A DNA stretch of 64,000 nucleotides from the human T2T-CHM13v2.0 reference genome, Homo sapiens. Below the pieces are notes generated by a model. It worked only from the letters and a program-made list of their open reading frames with translations, had not been told where the DNA came from and did not search any database. The stretch lies in assembly GCF_009914755.1 (NCBI RefSeq), contig NC_060926.1. One strand, written 5' to 3'. The stretch's first letter is position 1; every line of letters starts with the position of its first letter. Made by a program: the position numbers and the translations under genes. Shown here piece after piece: positions 1 through 20,627 of the stretch.

Positions 1-498
1 CTGCAGTCATGGGGAAGTAGAAAATGTACCTAACAAAATCAATGACCTAGAGATGTCCAGGCAGTGGAGCTCAGAAATGATTCTCATGGGATGGGCCAAG
101 AGGATGAGAACCAAGATTATCTAGGTCTTAAGGGGTGAGATGAAGATCCAGCTACATTTATGTTTGTACACAGTGATTTTTTTCACTCATACTCTGATAT
201 TATTCAAGAAAGATTTGAAGTGACTTTTTAAAATACTGAAATGTATCAGTACAAAGTTAAAGATAAATTGGAGCAAAGAGAGAATGAAAGTAGGACATGA
301 ACTAAAACCAGGGACCAGAACTCTGAGCCGAACTGTGGGGCAGAGACAGGGAGGCAGCTGGGAGCCCCAGGGATGCTAGAATCTAGGGCTTAAGGTGAGC
401 AGAGCCCAAAAGCAGGTGAGGATTCAGGGGCCCCAGGGGTACCGTGATCCAGAATGATGCTTTCCAAATCATGTTCCACTGAATCTGACTTCTGACTG

Positions 499-819
499 TT
501 TTTTGGTTTGTTTGTTATGTTTTGTTTTGTTTTTGATACAGAGTCTCGCTCTGTCACCCAGGCTGTAGTGCAGTGGCATGATCTTGGCTAACTGCAACCT
601 CTACCTCTCTGGTTCAAGCAATTCCCCTGCCTCAGCCTCCCGAGTAGCTGGGACTACAGTCACACGCCACCACATCTGGCTAATTTTTCTTGTATTTTTA
701 GTAGAGATGGGGTTTCACCATGTTGGCCAGACTGGTCTCAAACTCCTAACCTCAGGCAATCCACCCACCTCAGCCTCCCAAAGTGCTGGGATTACGGGTG
801 TGAGACACTGCGCCTGGCT
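499..819 (-). mobile_element. Alu (AluS-like)
   Basis: Antisense Alu dimer; flanking direct repeat ctgactgttt. Confidence 0.93.
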
Positions 820-1368
820 GACTGTTTAAGAGGAATCCCAGGACATAAGGGTTCTGTGCCCAAATAATGAAAAATGTGGGTCAACGAGGCTTCTATCCTT
901 CTTCTCCTGCACCCCCCACCCCTGGCTTGCGTTCTTGCGTTTCTCTCCCCACAAATTGGGTACACATCCCAGCACGCCAATGAGGACATCTTCACCGGTG
1001 GACAGGCACATGCAGGTCCTGCACATGCGTGGGTCTCTCCCTCTCTCTGCCTTCTCCCTCCCTCTCCCTCTCTCTCCCTCCCCCACCCTCTCTCTCTGGC
1101 TCTGACTTGTCACTTGTGTGTCACACGTCTCACTGAAGCAGGATGTGCTCCCTCCCAGCAGAACCATCTCTCCAGAGTGCTGCTCTCTTTTGCTCCCAAC
1201 CATTATGGGGCAAGTTAACCTAAGCAAGAGAGTGGCCCAAATGTGCTGACTTCTCTGACTCCCTTGAAAGAACAAAGCACTTTGGTGTTCCTCAGATGGC
1301 TGTTGGGAGGATTAGAACTCTTGTGGTTCAGAAATAACCCTTTGATTCTAAACCCCATGCCCTAGTCA

Positions 1369-1698
<330 letters not shown>

Positions 1699-1839
1699 GA
1701 ATGAGGATCTTTACACTATGGGGAACATATCAGATTCTTGGTTAAGATTCAGAATAAACACAAACCTAAGTGGTAAGGCGAGTAAAAGACCTATGACAGA
1801 GCACTTGGCTTAAAGAGAGAGGACACTCTGGTTGACTCT

Positions 1840-2100
1840 GCAAATCCCCTCTGCCTCAGATGACTGCTCCAAGCCAGTTGTGGTCATCTGTCTTCCTCCC
1901 TGGTCACTCGCTCATGGATGGTCAGGACTAAGCCAGTTTGCACTGATGACATGCAAGGAGTTTTCCTGGAGCTTCTGTGCAAAACCAGCCAGTCTTCCTC
2001 ACCCTGCGGCTCTAAACAAGGCCCTGTCTCTGAGCTGCTGCCAGCAGTCATCTTATGACCACGAGAGGAACCACCAACCTCAGGGTGAACATATTCTCAT
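1840..2100. mobile_element. Decayed ERVL-class LTR fragment (LTR16/LTR33-like)
   Basis: Weak resemblance to recalled consensus (cagtcatcttatgaccacgag). Confidence 0.3.
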
Positions 2101-5100
2101 TATTTAGGCCAACTTGAGTCAAGATATTTGTTAACTTGTAGATCCTAACTTTAAAAATCTTCAGAGTTGATTATGTGAGAAGCAAAGGGTTGGGAGGAAA
2201 TAAAAAGAAACAGGAAAAAATAGGATCCGTTTAAGAACCAGGCTTGGGAAGAAGAAAAATTGTCTGTTTGTAAATGACATGATCTTACATATAGAAAACC
2301 CTAAAAACACCATCAAAAAACTGTTAGAACTAATAAACGAATTTCATAAAATCGCAGGATACAAAATCAACATTAAAAGTTCATTGTGGGAGTGAGGACA
2401 AGACAGCCAACTAGATGCAGCCAGGAAACATTTCTCCCACTGACAGAAACCAAGATATCATGTAAACCATCACATCTTGGATTGATTTTCTGAGAGAAAA
2501 TACTGAAAGTGGATAGAGAGGCAACACAGACATCGAGGCTGAAGAGGGAGGAAGCTGGGAAGCCTGCATGGGATTGTCGAGTATCAGGACCAGATCCTAG
2601 TCCTGAACAGGACCTAAGAAAGGAACTGTGGGGCACCATTTTCCTGTTGCAGGCCTCTGGGATCCTAGCCACAGGAGAACACAGCGACCCCCACAGACAT
2701 TTGAACTGGCAGGAGGAACTGTCTGAAGAGTAGGCAGAGGCAGAGTTGGAACCTCTGTGGAGTCCAGAAGGTTTTGCTTGTGGGGCAGCTGCAGCGATAC
2801 ACAACCATAGGCACCTATCCCCCAAGGCTCTCAATCTTGCTCTGAATGACGGTAGACCCTGAGGACCACCAGCCTGGGAGAGAGCAGGGCCTTTTCCGCA
2901 GGACTGAAGTGCATCTGATCTACATGCCCCTTTGTATACCGGCCCCTCCCGGGGCCGCTGCCTCACTGCTCCCACAAGAGTATGCACACAACACAGCCTC
3001 CACTGCCCTGCCCGAGTGTTTGGCTGGTGGCCTGGGAGCAGTTCAGCCCCCAGCTCAGCCGGTGCTCAACCTAGAGGAACTAGAGGACAAAGCCACGGTC
3101 CTGGCCCCAGTTGCCCAGGGTTTGAGTACACTGCTCAGGGGTATTGAGCTGGGATCTGTAGCCTGAGCTCGAGTGGTAGAGGAGCCCCCACTCTCAGACA
3201 CTGAGAAGAGGAAGGCACAGGTTCGTGCACCAGTGCAGGAGCTTGGCATGTATCCCTCACAAGACCCATCCAGGTAGGGTGTAGGTCAGCCGCAGCCTCT
3301 GCCCAAGGGAGCCCCATGGCCCAGAACACCTAATAACCCAGTGATCTGAGCACAAAAGGCTAAGGGTAAAACTAGCTGGTCAGGCCTGCCCCAGGGGCAG
3401 ACAGTGGTGGGTGATCCATCTGGGGGAGCATGAGCTGCACAGTCCCACAACAGTCTGCTGGGTAAAAACCCCAGGCCACAGGCGCCAACCAGCTGCCCAC
3501 ACACAGCACAACCACCCTGCCAGGGAATCCTCCGCCCTGACCCACTGCATCAACAGACCACCCACAGACATACCTACAACCTGCCCTGACTCTGCCAAGC
3601 ACAGAGAACCAGCAGGCCCCCAGGAAGTTTCCAGGTCTCCCGGTGACCTAACCTTTAGCTTGGACCACCCCTAAGGGGGAAGTACAGCCCTCCTGGGCCT
3701 TGGAGCCAAGGCCCAGAAATAAACTTGGTGAGAGGGTCATTTCTCATCCCCCCAACTCCCCTTCCCCAGAGCACTGCAGCAAACACACTGAAATACAAAA
3801 AAAAGCACATAGCTGAGTAAGACCTGTCTGCTGGCCCTTACTCTTAAGCACCATTGACTGGATCACAGCCTGAATTACACCACCAAACAAAAATAAATTC
3901 CTTCAACACACATCGCCTGTGAAACAAAATACAGGAAATTAGCCACAACTAAGAAACAAGTACAGAGCTTTGGCCCCATGGAAGCACCCAGAAACAAAGT
4001 CAATCAACTATACACAATATACACCACAGTCAACCCTCACGGGAAAAACAGAATATATAAACAAAAAGCCCTATGCAGATGACAGCAACTTCAAAAAGAT
4101 AAAGAAACACCAGCCTTCTCCAATGAGAAAGAATCAGCACAAGAACTCTGGCAATTCATAAAGTCAGAGTATTTCCTTGCCTCCAGAGGTTTACACTAGC
4201 TCCCCAGCAATGGATTGAAATGTCTGAAATGACAGATATAGATAGAGTTCAGAATCTGGATGACAAGGAAGATTCAAGAGAAAGTGGAAACCCAATCCAA
4301 GTAAGCCAGTAAAACAATCCAAGAATTGAAAAATAACAGTTATTTTAAGAAAGAATCAAACTGAACTTGTAGAATTGAAAAATTTACTACAGGAATTTCA
4401 AAATACAATTGGGAGCCTTAACAACAGACTAGACCAAGCTGAGGAAGGAATTTCAGAGCTTGAAGACTGACCCTTTGAATCAACCCAGTCAGAAAAAATA
4501 AAGAAAAAAAAATTTTTATTAAACAAAACTTCTGAGAAATATGGGATTATATAAAAAGACCAAACCTATAACTCACTGGCATTCCTGAGAGAAAAGAAGA
4601 AAGAGTAAGCAACTTGGAAAACATATTTGAGGATACTATTCATGAGAAGTTCTCCAATCTCACTAGAGAGGTCAACATGCAAATTCAAGAAATTCAGAGA
4701 ACCCCTGCAAGATACTATACAAGACAACCATACCCAAGACACATAGCCAAAGTCAATGCAACAATGACAATCTTAAAGGCAGCTAGAGGAAAGGGTCAGA
4801 TCATGTACAAAGGGAACCCCATCAGTCTAACAGCAGGCTTCTCAGCAGAAACCTTCCAAGCCAGAAGAGTGGGGACCTATTTTCAGCATTCTTAAAGAAA
4901 AGAAATTCCAACCAAGAATTTCATATCCCATCAAACTAAGCTTCATAAGCAAAGGAGAAATAAAATCCTTTGCAGACAAGTAAATGCTAAGGGAATTCAT
5001 TACCACTAAACCAAGCTTACAAAAGATCCTTAAGGGAGTTTTAAACACGGAAATGAAAGAACAATACCTCCTACTACAAAAACACCCTTACATTCTTAGG

Positions 5101-5235
5101 CCACAGGCCTTGTAAAACAACTACACAATCAAGACTACAAAGCAACCAGCTAACAACATCATGACAGGAACAAAATCTCACATGTCAATATTAACCTTGG
5201 ATGTAAACAGTCTAAATATCCCCCCTTAAAAGTCA

Positions 5236-5560
<325 letters not shown>

Positions 5561-6099
5561 AGTCACCGAGTGGCAAATTGGATTGAAAAAAAGACCCAAC
5601 TGTCTGCTGTTTCCATGAGACCCATGTTACATGCAACAACAGTCATGGGTTAAAAGTAAAGGGATGGAGAAAGATCTATCATGCAAACAGAAAACAAAAA
5701 AGCAAGAGTTGCTATCACACATCAGATAAAACAGACTTTAAACTAACAACAGTAAAAAAGAACAAAGAAGGGCATTACATAATGATAAAGGGTTTAATTC
5801 AACAAGACTTAATTGTCCTAAATATACATGCACCCAACACTGGAGCACCAGCATTCATAAAACAAGTACTTCTAGCCTACAAAAAGATGTAGACAGCCAC
5901 ATAATAACAGTGAAGTACTTAAACACCCCACTGACAACTTTAAACATATCATCAAGACAGAAAACTAACAAAGAAATTCTAGACTTAAATTTGACACTTT
6001 ACCAATTGGACCTAACAGACTTCTACAGAATACACTACCCAGCAACCAGAGTATACATTCTTTCAATCTGCACAGGGAACATACTCTAAGATTAACCAT

Positions 6100-6439
<340 letters not shown>

Positions 6440-6998
6440 TCAGTCTCAATAAATTCAAAAAAATCAAAACCATACCAAGTAGACTCTCAGATCACAGTGA
6501 AATAAAAATATAAATCAATACCAAGAAGATATCTCAAAACTACACAATTACATGGCAATTAAACAACTTGCTTTTGAATGACTTTTGAGTAAACAACAAA
6601 ACTAAGGCAGAAATCAAAAAAGTATTTGAAATTAATGAAAACAGAGACACAACATACCAAAATCTTTGGAATATAGCAAAAGCAGCATTAAGAAGAAAGT
6701 TTATTATGCTAAACACCTACATTAAGAATTTAAAAAGAGCTCACATTAACAATTTCACATTGCACCTAGAGGAACTAGAAGAACAAGAACAAAACGCCAA
6801 AACTGGCGAAGAAAAGAAATAACTAAAATCAGGGCAAAATCAAACAAAATTGAGATCCAAAAATGTATACAAAGGACTGATAAAACAAAAAATTGGTTCT
6901 TTGAAAGGATACACAAGATAGATAGACTGCTAGCTAGATTAACAAAGAAAAACAGAAGATTCAAATGAGCACAATCAGAAATGACAAAGATGACATTA

Positions 6999-7157
<159 letters not shown>

Positions 7158-8423
7158 CTATTAAAGAGTGGGCAAAGGACATGAACAGACACTTCTCAAA
7201 AAAAGACATACAAGTAGCCAACAAACACATGAAAAAATGTTCATCATCACTAATCATCAGAGAAATGCAAATTAAAACCACAATGAGATACCATCTCACA
7301 CCAGTCAGAATGGCTATTATTCAAAAAAGAAAAATAAGAGATGTTGGCCAGGGCTGCAGAGAAAAGAGAAGGCTTACACATTGTTCTTGGGAGTGTAAAT
7401 TACTTCAGCCACTCTGGAAAGTGGTTTGGAGACTTCTCAAAACACTAAAAACAGAATTATCATTCAACCCAGCAATCCCATTACTGGGTATACACCCAGA
7501 GGAAAATAAATCATTCTACCAAAAAGACACATGCACCCATATGTTCACTGCAGCACTATTTACAATAGCAAAGCCATGGAATCAACCCAGGTGCCCATCA
7601 GTGGTGGACTGGATAAAGAAACTGTAGTACACATACACCATGGAATACTACACAGCAATAAGAAATGATTCTCCACATGGTCAGCTGGAGATCATTATCC
7701 TAAGCAAACTAATGCAGAAACAGAAAACCAAATGCTACATGTTCTCACTTATAAGTGGGAGCTGAACATTGGACACACTTGGACATAAAGATGGGAACAG
7801 TAGACACTCGGGACTAAAGAGAGGGGAGGGAGGAGGGCCAGGGTTAAAAAACCACCTATTGGGTACTAAGCTCACTACCTAGATGACAGATACAATCGTA
7901 CTGCAAACCTCAGCATCACACAATAGACCTTTGTAACAAACTTGCACATCTACCCCCCACCACCAAATCTAAAATAAAGTTTGAAAAAGAAAAAATAAAA
8001 ATAAAAAATTAGTTGCATTTCTATAATATATACTAACAACAAACAGCTTGAAAATGAAATTAAGAAAACATTCCCATTTACACTGGCATCAAAAAGAATA
8101 AAATACTTAAGAATAAGTTTAACGAAGGAGGTAAAAGATTTGTACAATAAGAACTATAAAACACAGATGAAAGAAATTGTAGAAGACACAAACAGAATAA
8201 TTAATACCATTAAAATGCTCATGCTATACAAAGTGATCTGCAGATTCAGGCAATCCCTATGAAAATTTCAATGATGTATTTCACAGAAATTTTTTTAAAA
8301 TCCTAAAATTTGTGTGGAGCCAAAAAAGACCCCAAATAGCTTAGGCAATCTTGAGAAAGAAGAATGAAGATGGAGGCATCACACTTCCTGATTTCAAAGT
8401 ATATTACAAAGATATTGTAATTA

Positions 8424-8769
<346 letters not shown>

Positions 8770-9669
8770 CAGGCCCATAGACCAATGGAACCCAATAGAA
8801 AGTTCAGAAATACACCCATATATACATGGTCAACTAGCCTTCAGCAAAGGCACCAAGAATACACAACGAGAAAATGATGGTATCTTCAATAAATCATGTT
8901 GGAAAAATGAAATATCCATATGCAACAAGAATGAAATTGGATCTTTATCTTACACAATACACAGAAATTAACTCAAAATAGATTAAAGAGTTAAAGGTAA
9001 GATCCAAAACTGTAAAATTCTAGAAGAAAAGAAGAGAAAAGCTCCATGTCATTGGTCTTGGCAAAGTTTTTTTGATATGACACCAAAAGCGCAGGCAGCA
9101 AAAGCAAAAATAGACAAGGGGATTTTCCACAAACTAAAACACTTCAGAGCGGCCAAGGAAATAATCAACAAAATGAAAAAGCAACCTACAGAATGGAGAA
9201 AATATTTGCAAGCCATATATCTGATAAGTGTTTTTTCTTTAGTTTTAATATCTTTTTTAAATATACTTAATTTAATTTTTGTGAGTACAGAGTAGGGGTA
9301 TTTATGGTGTATGATAAGGATTAAATATCTAAAATATATAAAGAATTCATGCAACTCAATAGCAAAAAAAAAAAAAAAACACATAACCCAATTGAAAAAT
9401 GGGCAAAGGACCTGAATAGACATTTTTCCAAAAAAGATATACAAATGGTTAAAGGGTTTATGAAAAGGTGCTCAACATTACTAAACATCGGGGAAATGCT
9501 AGTCAAAACCACAATGAGATATCATCTCACACCTGTTAGATGGCTATCACCAAAAGGTCAAAAGATAACAAGTGTTGGCAAGGATGTAAAGAAAAGAAAA
9601 CACTTAAATGTTGTTGGTGGGAATGTAAATTCCTGCAGCCATTCTGAAAAACAGCGTGAAGGTTCTTCA

Positions 9670-10024
<355 letters not shown>

Positions 10025-10944
10025 TTAAGGACAGGCACAGTGGCTTAACCCTATAAATCCCAACACTTCTAGTTATACGGTATAGCCGTAAAAAGTGAAA
10101 GCATTACCTTGGATATTTGCATACCCATGTTTACAAGAGCATTCAGTGGCCATGCACAACGGCATGGTATTCAGCCATGAAAAGGGAATAAAATATTGAT
10201 ATGTGCTGCAGTGTAGATGGACCTTGAAAACACTGGGCTAAGTGAAAGTAGCCAGACATGGAAGGACAAATGTGTGATTCCACTGATCTGAGGTACCTAG
10301 AATAAGCAAATTCATAGAAACAGAGAATAGAATCGAGGTCACCAGGGGATGGGAGGAGGGGGAAGGAATGTGGTGTTATTTGTATAACGGGTAGAGAGTT
10401 TACATTGGGAATGACAAAAAAGTTTTGGAAATAGTGGTGACGTTTACACGAATGTATTGTGAATGTATTTAATACCACTGAATTGCACACTTACAAATGA
10501 CTAAATGAGAAATTGATAATGCTAAATAGTCATATATATTAACAATGAAATGATAACTATTATGTATACTTTGCTACAATAAATAATAATAATAATGATA
10601 ATGGGAGAGGACTCATGTTATTTGAATGTGGAGCTTCGTGTTAATTAGTCCAACTAAGCTATCACATGCTGCTCTCTGGAGCGTGGGGACAGACAATAGC
10701 GCTGAGCATAACTGGGGACAGAAAAATAAATTGGCGGGGGCAGGGAGGCTCAGCTTAGTTGAGAGTGGGATTTTGTAGAGAATGAATGTCATGACCAATA
10801 TCAGAAGTTTCTCAGAGCCACAGTTGAGCTGCTTTTTCTGCTGGTTTCAGGTGACGGCAAAACAGTGGCACAGGTGTGGGCCTGAAGCCCGCATAATGGA
10901 GCTTTCCCCTCCTCCCTGGATTCAGCCACACCCAGGACGAATGA

Positions 10945-11602
<658 letters not shown>

Positions 11603-11789
11603 GAGAAAACAAAACAAAAGTGAGGAAATCAAGGGGAGGGAAATCACTGCCCCAGCTCAGGGTTCTTGCCCCGAGGAAGGAGCTGCACTGCCAGAGTCCC
11701 TTTCAGGCACCCTCCAGGAGGCCACCAACCCCCAGCTGCAGTGCCTGCATGACAAAAGTTCAAGTTCAAGGGCCTGGCTTCCCCTCTGT

Positions 11790-11880
11790 TCCCCGCCCCC
11801 ACACCCCCACCCACCCCCAGCAACACAGACAGGAAGCAGGGCTCACTTCCTGCACCAGTGCACTTACAGGAAGTCAGCTG
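11790..11880. promoter_or_regulatory. Candidate enhancer: GC box, CACCC boxes and three ETS cores
   Basis: ccccgccccc, cacacccccacccaccccc, acaggaagc, cacttcctg, acaggaagt within 90 bp of unique DNA. Confidence 0.35.
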
Positions 11881-12207
11881 CTATCACAAGTGCAGCCACC
11901 TGAGAGCCCAGGCCCTTTCCCAGAACCCCACCCATACCTGGTGGGGCTGATGTCCAGCTAGGGTGCTACACTAAAGCCCTACACAGTACTGAAGCATTAA
12001 CACGCTTTTAACCCAGTTAGGGAAAAGCCACTGCCCTGAGCCCGTTGAAAGAGCTCAGGAAATGCCACCCCAAAATATGCTGCTTTGGTGTGCCGATCAC
12101 TTTGAGCTGAAGACACTTGAGAAAGACCAAAGGCAGAGAGACGTTTTCCCTGAACTCCCCCTGTCTGCCTAAAGACAGATCCCCAATCCCCTCCCAGGGA
12201 GTTTCGG

Positions 12208-12400
12208 GGAAATGAAAATCAAAACCACAGTGAGATACCATCTCACACCTGTTAGATGGCTAGCATCAAAAGGTGAAAAGGTAACAGGTCTTGGCAAGGA
12301 TGTAGAGAAAACACATATATGTTGTTGGTAGGAATGTAAATTGGTGCTGCCATTCCGTAAAACAGTGTGAAGTTTCCTCAAAAAATTAAAAATAGGGATT
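12208..12400 (+). mobile_element. ~190-bp L1M ORF2 C-terminal fragment inside the MER34 LTR
   Basis: aaaatcaaaaccacagtgagataccatctcacacc...; closely resembles 9490-9683. Confidence 0.8.
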
Positions 12401-13744
12401 AGGTGGGGGTGGCTGGCAAAATGGCCAAATAGGAACAGTTCCAGTCTGCAGCTCCCAGCAAGATCAACATGGAAGGCAGGTAATTTCTGCATTTCCAACT
12501 GAGGTACCTGGCTCATCTCATTGGGACTGGTTAGACAGTGGGTGCAGCCCACAGAGGGTGAGCCAAAGCAGGGTGGGGTGTCACTTCAACACCCAAGAGG
12601 TCAGGAAACTCCCTCCCCTAGCCAAGGGAAGACATGAGGGACTGTGCCATGAGAAACAGTGCACTCCAGCCCAGATACTACACTTTTCCCATGGTCTTTG
12701 CAACCTGCAGACCAGGAGATTCCCTCAGGTGCCTACACCACAAGGGCCCTGGGTTTCAAGCACAAAACTGAGCAGCCATTTGGGCAGACACCGAGCTAGC
12801 TGCAGGAGTTTGTCTTTCCATAACCCAGTGGCGCCTGGAATGCCAGTGAGACAGAACCATTCACTCCTCTGGAAAGGGGGCTGAAGCCAGGGAGCCAAGT
12901 GGTCTAGCTCAGCAGATCCCACCCCCATGGAGGCCAGCAAGCTAAGATTGACTGGCTTGAAATTCTTGCTGGCAGCACAGCCATCTGAAGTTGACCTGGG
13001 ACACTTGAGCTTGGTGGGAGGAGGGGCGTCCACCATTACTAAGGCTTGAGTAGGTGGGTTTTCCCTCACAGTGTAAACAAAGCCACTGGGAAGTTCGGAA
13101 TAGGTGGAGCCCACCACAGCTCAGCAAAGCTGTTGTAGCCAGACTGCCTCTCTAGATTGCTCCTCTCTGGGCAGGGCATCTCTGAAAGAAAGGCAGCAGC
13201 CCCAGTCAGAGGCTTATAGATAAAACTCTGACCTCCCTGGGATAGAGCACCTGGGGGAAGGGACGGCTGTGGGCGCAGCTTCAGCAGACTTAAACATTCC
13301 TGCCTACTGGCTCTGAAGAGACCAGCAGATCTCCCAGAACAGCACTCAAGCTCTGCTAAGGGACAGACAGCCTCCTCAAGTGAGTCCCTGACCCCTGTGC
13401 CTCCTGACTGGGAGATACCCCCCAGCAGGGGTCGACAGACACTTCATACAGGAGAGCTCTGGCTGGCATCTGGCAGGTGCCTCTCTGGGATGAAGCTTCC
13501 AGAGGAAGGAACAGGAAGCAATCTTTGCTGTTCTGCAGCCTCTGCTGGTGATACCCAGACAATCAGGGTCTGGAGTGGACCTCCAGCAAACTCCAGCAGA
13601 CCTGCAGAAGAGGGACCTGACTGTTAGAAGGAAAACTAACAAACAGAATGCAATAGCATCAACATCAACACAAAGGACAACCACACAGAAACCCCATGCG
13701 AAGGTCACCAACATCAAAGACAAAAGGTAGATGAATCCACAAAG

Positions 13745-14743
13745 ATGAGGAAAAACCAGCACAAAAAGGCTGAAAATTCCAAAAACCAGAATGCCTCTTC
13801 TCCTCCAAAGGATCACAACTCCTCACCAGCCAGGGCACAAAACTGGAAAAAGAAGGAGTATGACAAATTGACAGAAGTAGGCTCCAGAAGGTGAGTGATA
13901 ACAAACTCCTCCAAGCTATAGGAGCATGTTCTAACCCAATCCAAGGAAGCTAAGAACCTTGAAAAAAGGTTAGAGGAATTGCTAACTACAATAACCAGAG
14001 AACATAAATGGCCTGATGGAGCTGAAAAACACAGCACGAGAACTTTGTGAAGCATACACAAGTATCAACAGCCAAATCGATGAAGTGGAAGAGAGGATAT
14101 CAGAGATTGAAGATCAACTTAATGAAATAAAGTGTGAAGACAAGATTAGAGAAAAAAGAATGAAAAGAAATATGGGACTATGTGAAAAGACCAAATCTAC
14201 ATTTGATTAGTGTACCTGAAAGTGACAGGGAGAATGGAACCAAGTTGGAAAACACTCTTCAAGATATTATCCAGAAGAACTTCCCCCAACCTAGCAAGAC
14301 AGGCCAACATTCAAATCCAGGAAATACAGAGAATACCACAAAAATACTCCTCGAGAAGAGCAACCCCAAGACCCATAATCGTCAGATTCACCAACGTTGA
14401 AATAAAGGAAAAAATGTTAAGGGCAGTCAGAGAGAAAGATCAGGTTACCCGCAAAGAGAAGCCCATCAGACTAACAACGGATCTCTCTGCAGAAACCCTA
14501 CAAGCCAGGATAGAGTGGGGGGCATTATTCAACATTCTTAAAGAAAATAATTTTCAACCCAGAATCTCATATCCAGCCAAATTAAGCTTCATAAGTGAAG
14601 GAGAAATAAAATCCTTTACAGACAAGCAAATGCTGAGATATTTTGTCACCACCTGGCCAGCCTTACAAGAGCTCCTGAAGGAAGCACTAAATATGGAAAG
14701 AAAAAACCGGTACCAGCTACTGCAAAAACATACTAAATTGTAA
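13745..14743 (+). pseudogene. L1 ORF1p remnant (stops and frameshifts)
   Basis: Fragments NLARQANIQIQEIQR, YPAKLSFISEGEIK in separate frames. Confidence 0.9.
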
Positions 14744-14806
14744 AGACCATTGACACTATGAAGAAACTGCATCAACTAACAGGCAAAATAACCAGCTAGC
14801 ATCACA

Positions 14807-18982
<4,176 letters not shown>

Positions 18983-19484
18983 ACAATGAGAGCACATGGA
19001 CACAGGGAGGGGAATATCACACACCAGGGCCTGTTGAGGTGTGGGGGCTGGGGGAGGGATAGCATCAGGAGAAATACCTAATGTTGATGACGGGTTGATG
19101 GGTGCAGCAAACCACCATGGCACGTGTATACCTATGTAACAAACCTGCGTGTTCTGCACATGTATCCCAGAACTTAAAGAATAAAAAATAAATAAATAGG
19201 GACTAAGGAGGATTAACTTCTATCCCAGGAGAGGAGACAAGAATACCCCAGAGCTGGACAAACTTTGTCACAAACCATTATCTCTGCTTCTGAGGTCCAA
19301 TTCATCTCTCCCCAAAACCATTAATTCTCCTGTAAGTTGCCTGCACCTCCCCACCCCTCTCCACCATGAGGAGGGTATTCAAGCTCCTCAGTCTCACTGG
19401 TTTGAAAGTGTTCCCTTTTCTTTCCTGTGATGCCCCAGTGCACATAATAAATTTGTGTGCCTTTGCTCATGTAATTCACCTGCT

Positions 19485-20235
<751 letters not shown>

Positions 20236-20608
20236 TGATAGTTTATTTCATAGACTCAGCTACCAACTCCTTAGAGTGTAGAGGGAAATTCTTCTCCACA
20301 CACACCCTTCAAGGTTCTCCCTCCACCCTCTGCTGCCCTGGACACCCTCCCTAGACCTTCCCAGTCGGCAACCTGATGTCAGGAATCCTCCTGAAACCTG
20401 CTCCTGACTTCGCAGGTCTCAGTTCTGATCCGTAGGAGCACACAGAACAGAATGAAAGGCAGGGCTCTCCTGCGAAGGTTGGTTTTTTATTCTGATTTTA
20501 GCAAGTAAAACTCTACTTGAAATTTGCGTCTGACCACGGGTTCTCTCCCCTAAAATTTCCATACTCGCCCCAACCTGATTCCCCTCTCCAGATTCTCCAG
20601 AAAGTCTA

Positions 20609-20627
20609 CACTGCCCTCTGGTGGCAT
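20609..20627 (-). promoter_or_regulatory. Predicted CTCF binding site
   Basis: Minus strand ATGCCACCAGAGGGCAGTG matches the CCASYAGRKGGCRS core without mismatch. Confidence 0.6.

Noticed and set aside
2373-3674. GC-rich ORFs of 60-204 aa
   Set aside because: They lie in the 5'UTR of the old L1; no recognisable protein.
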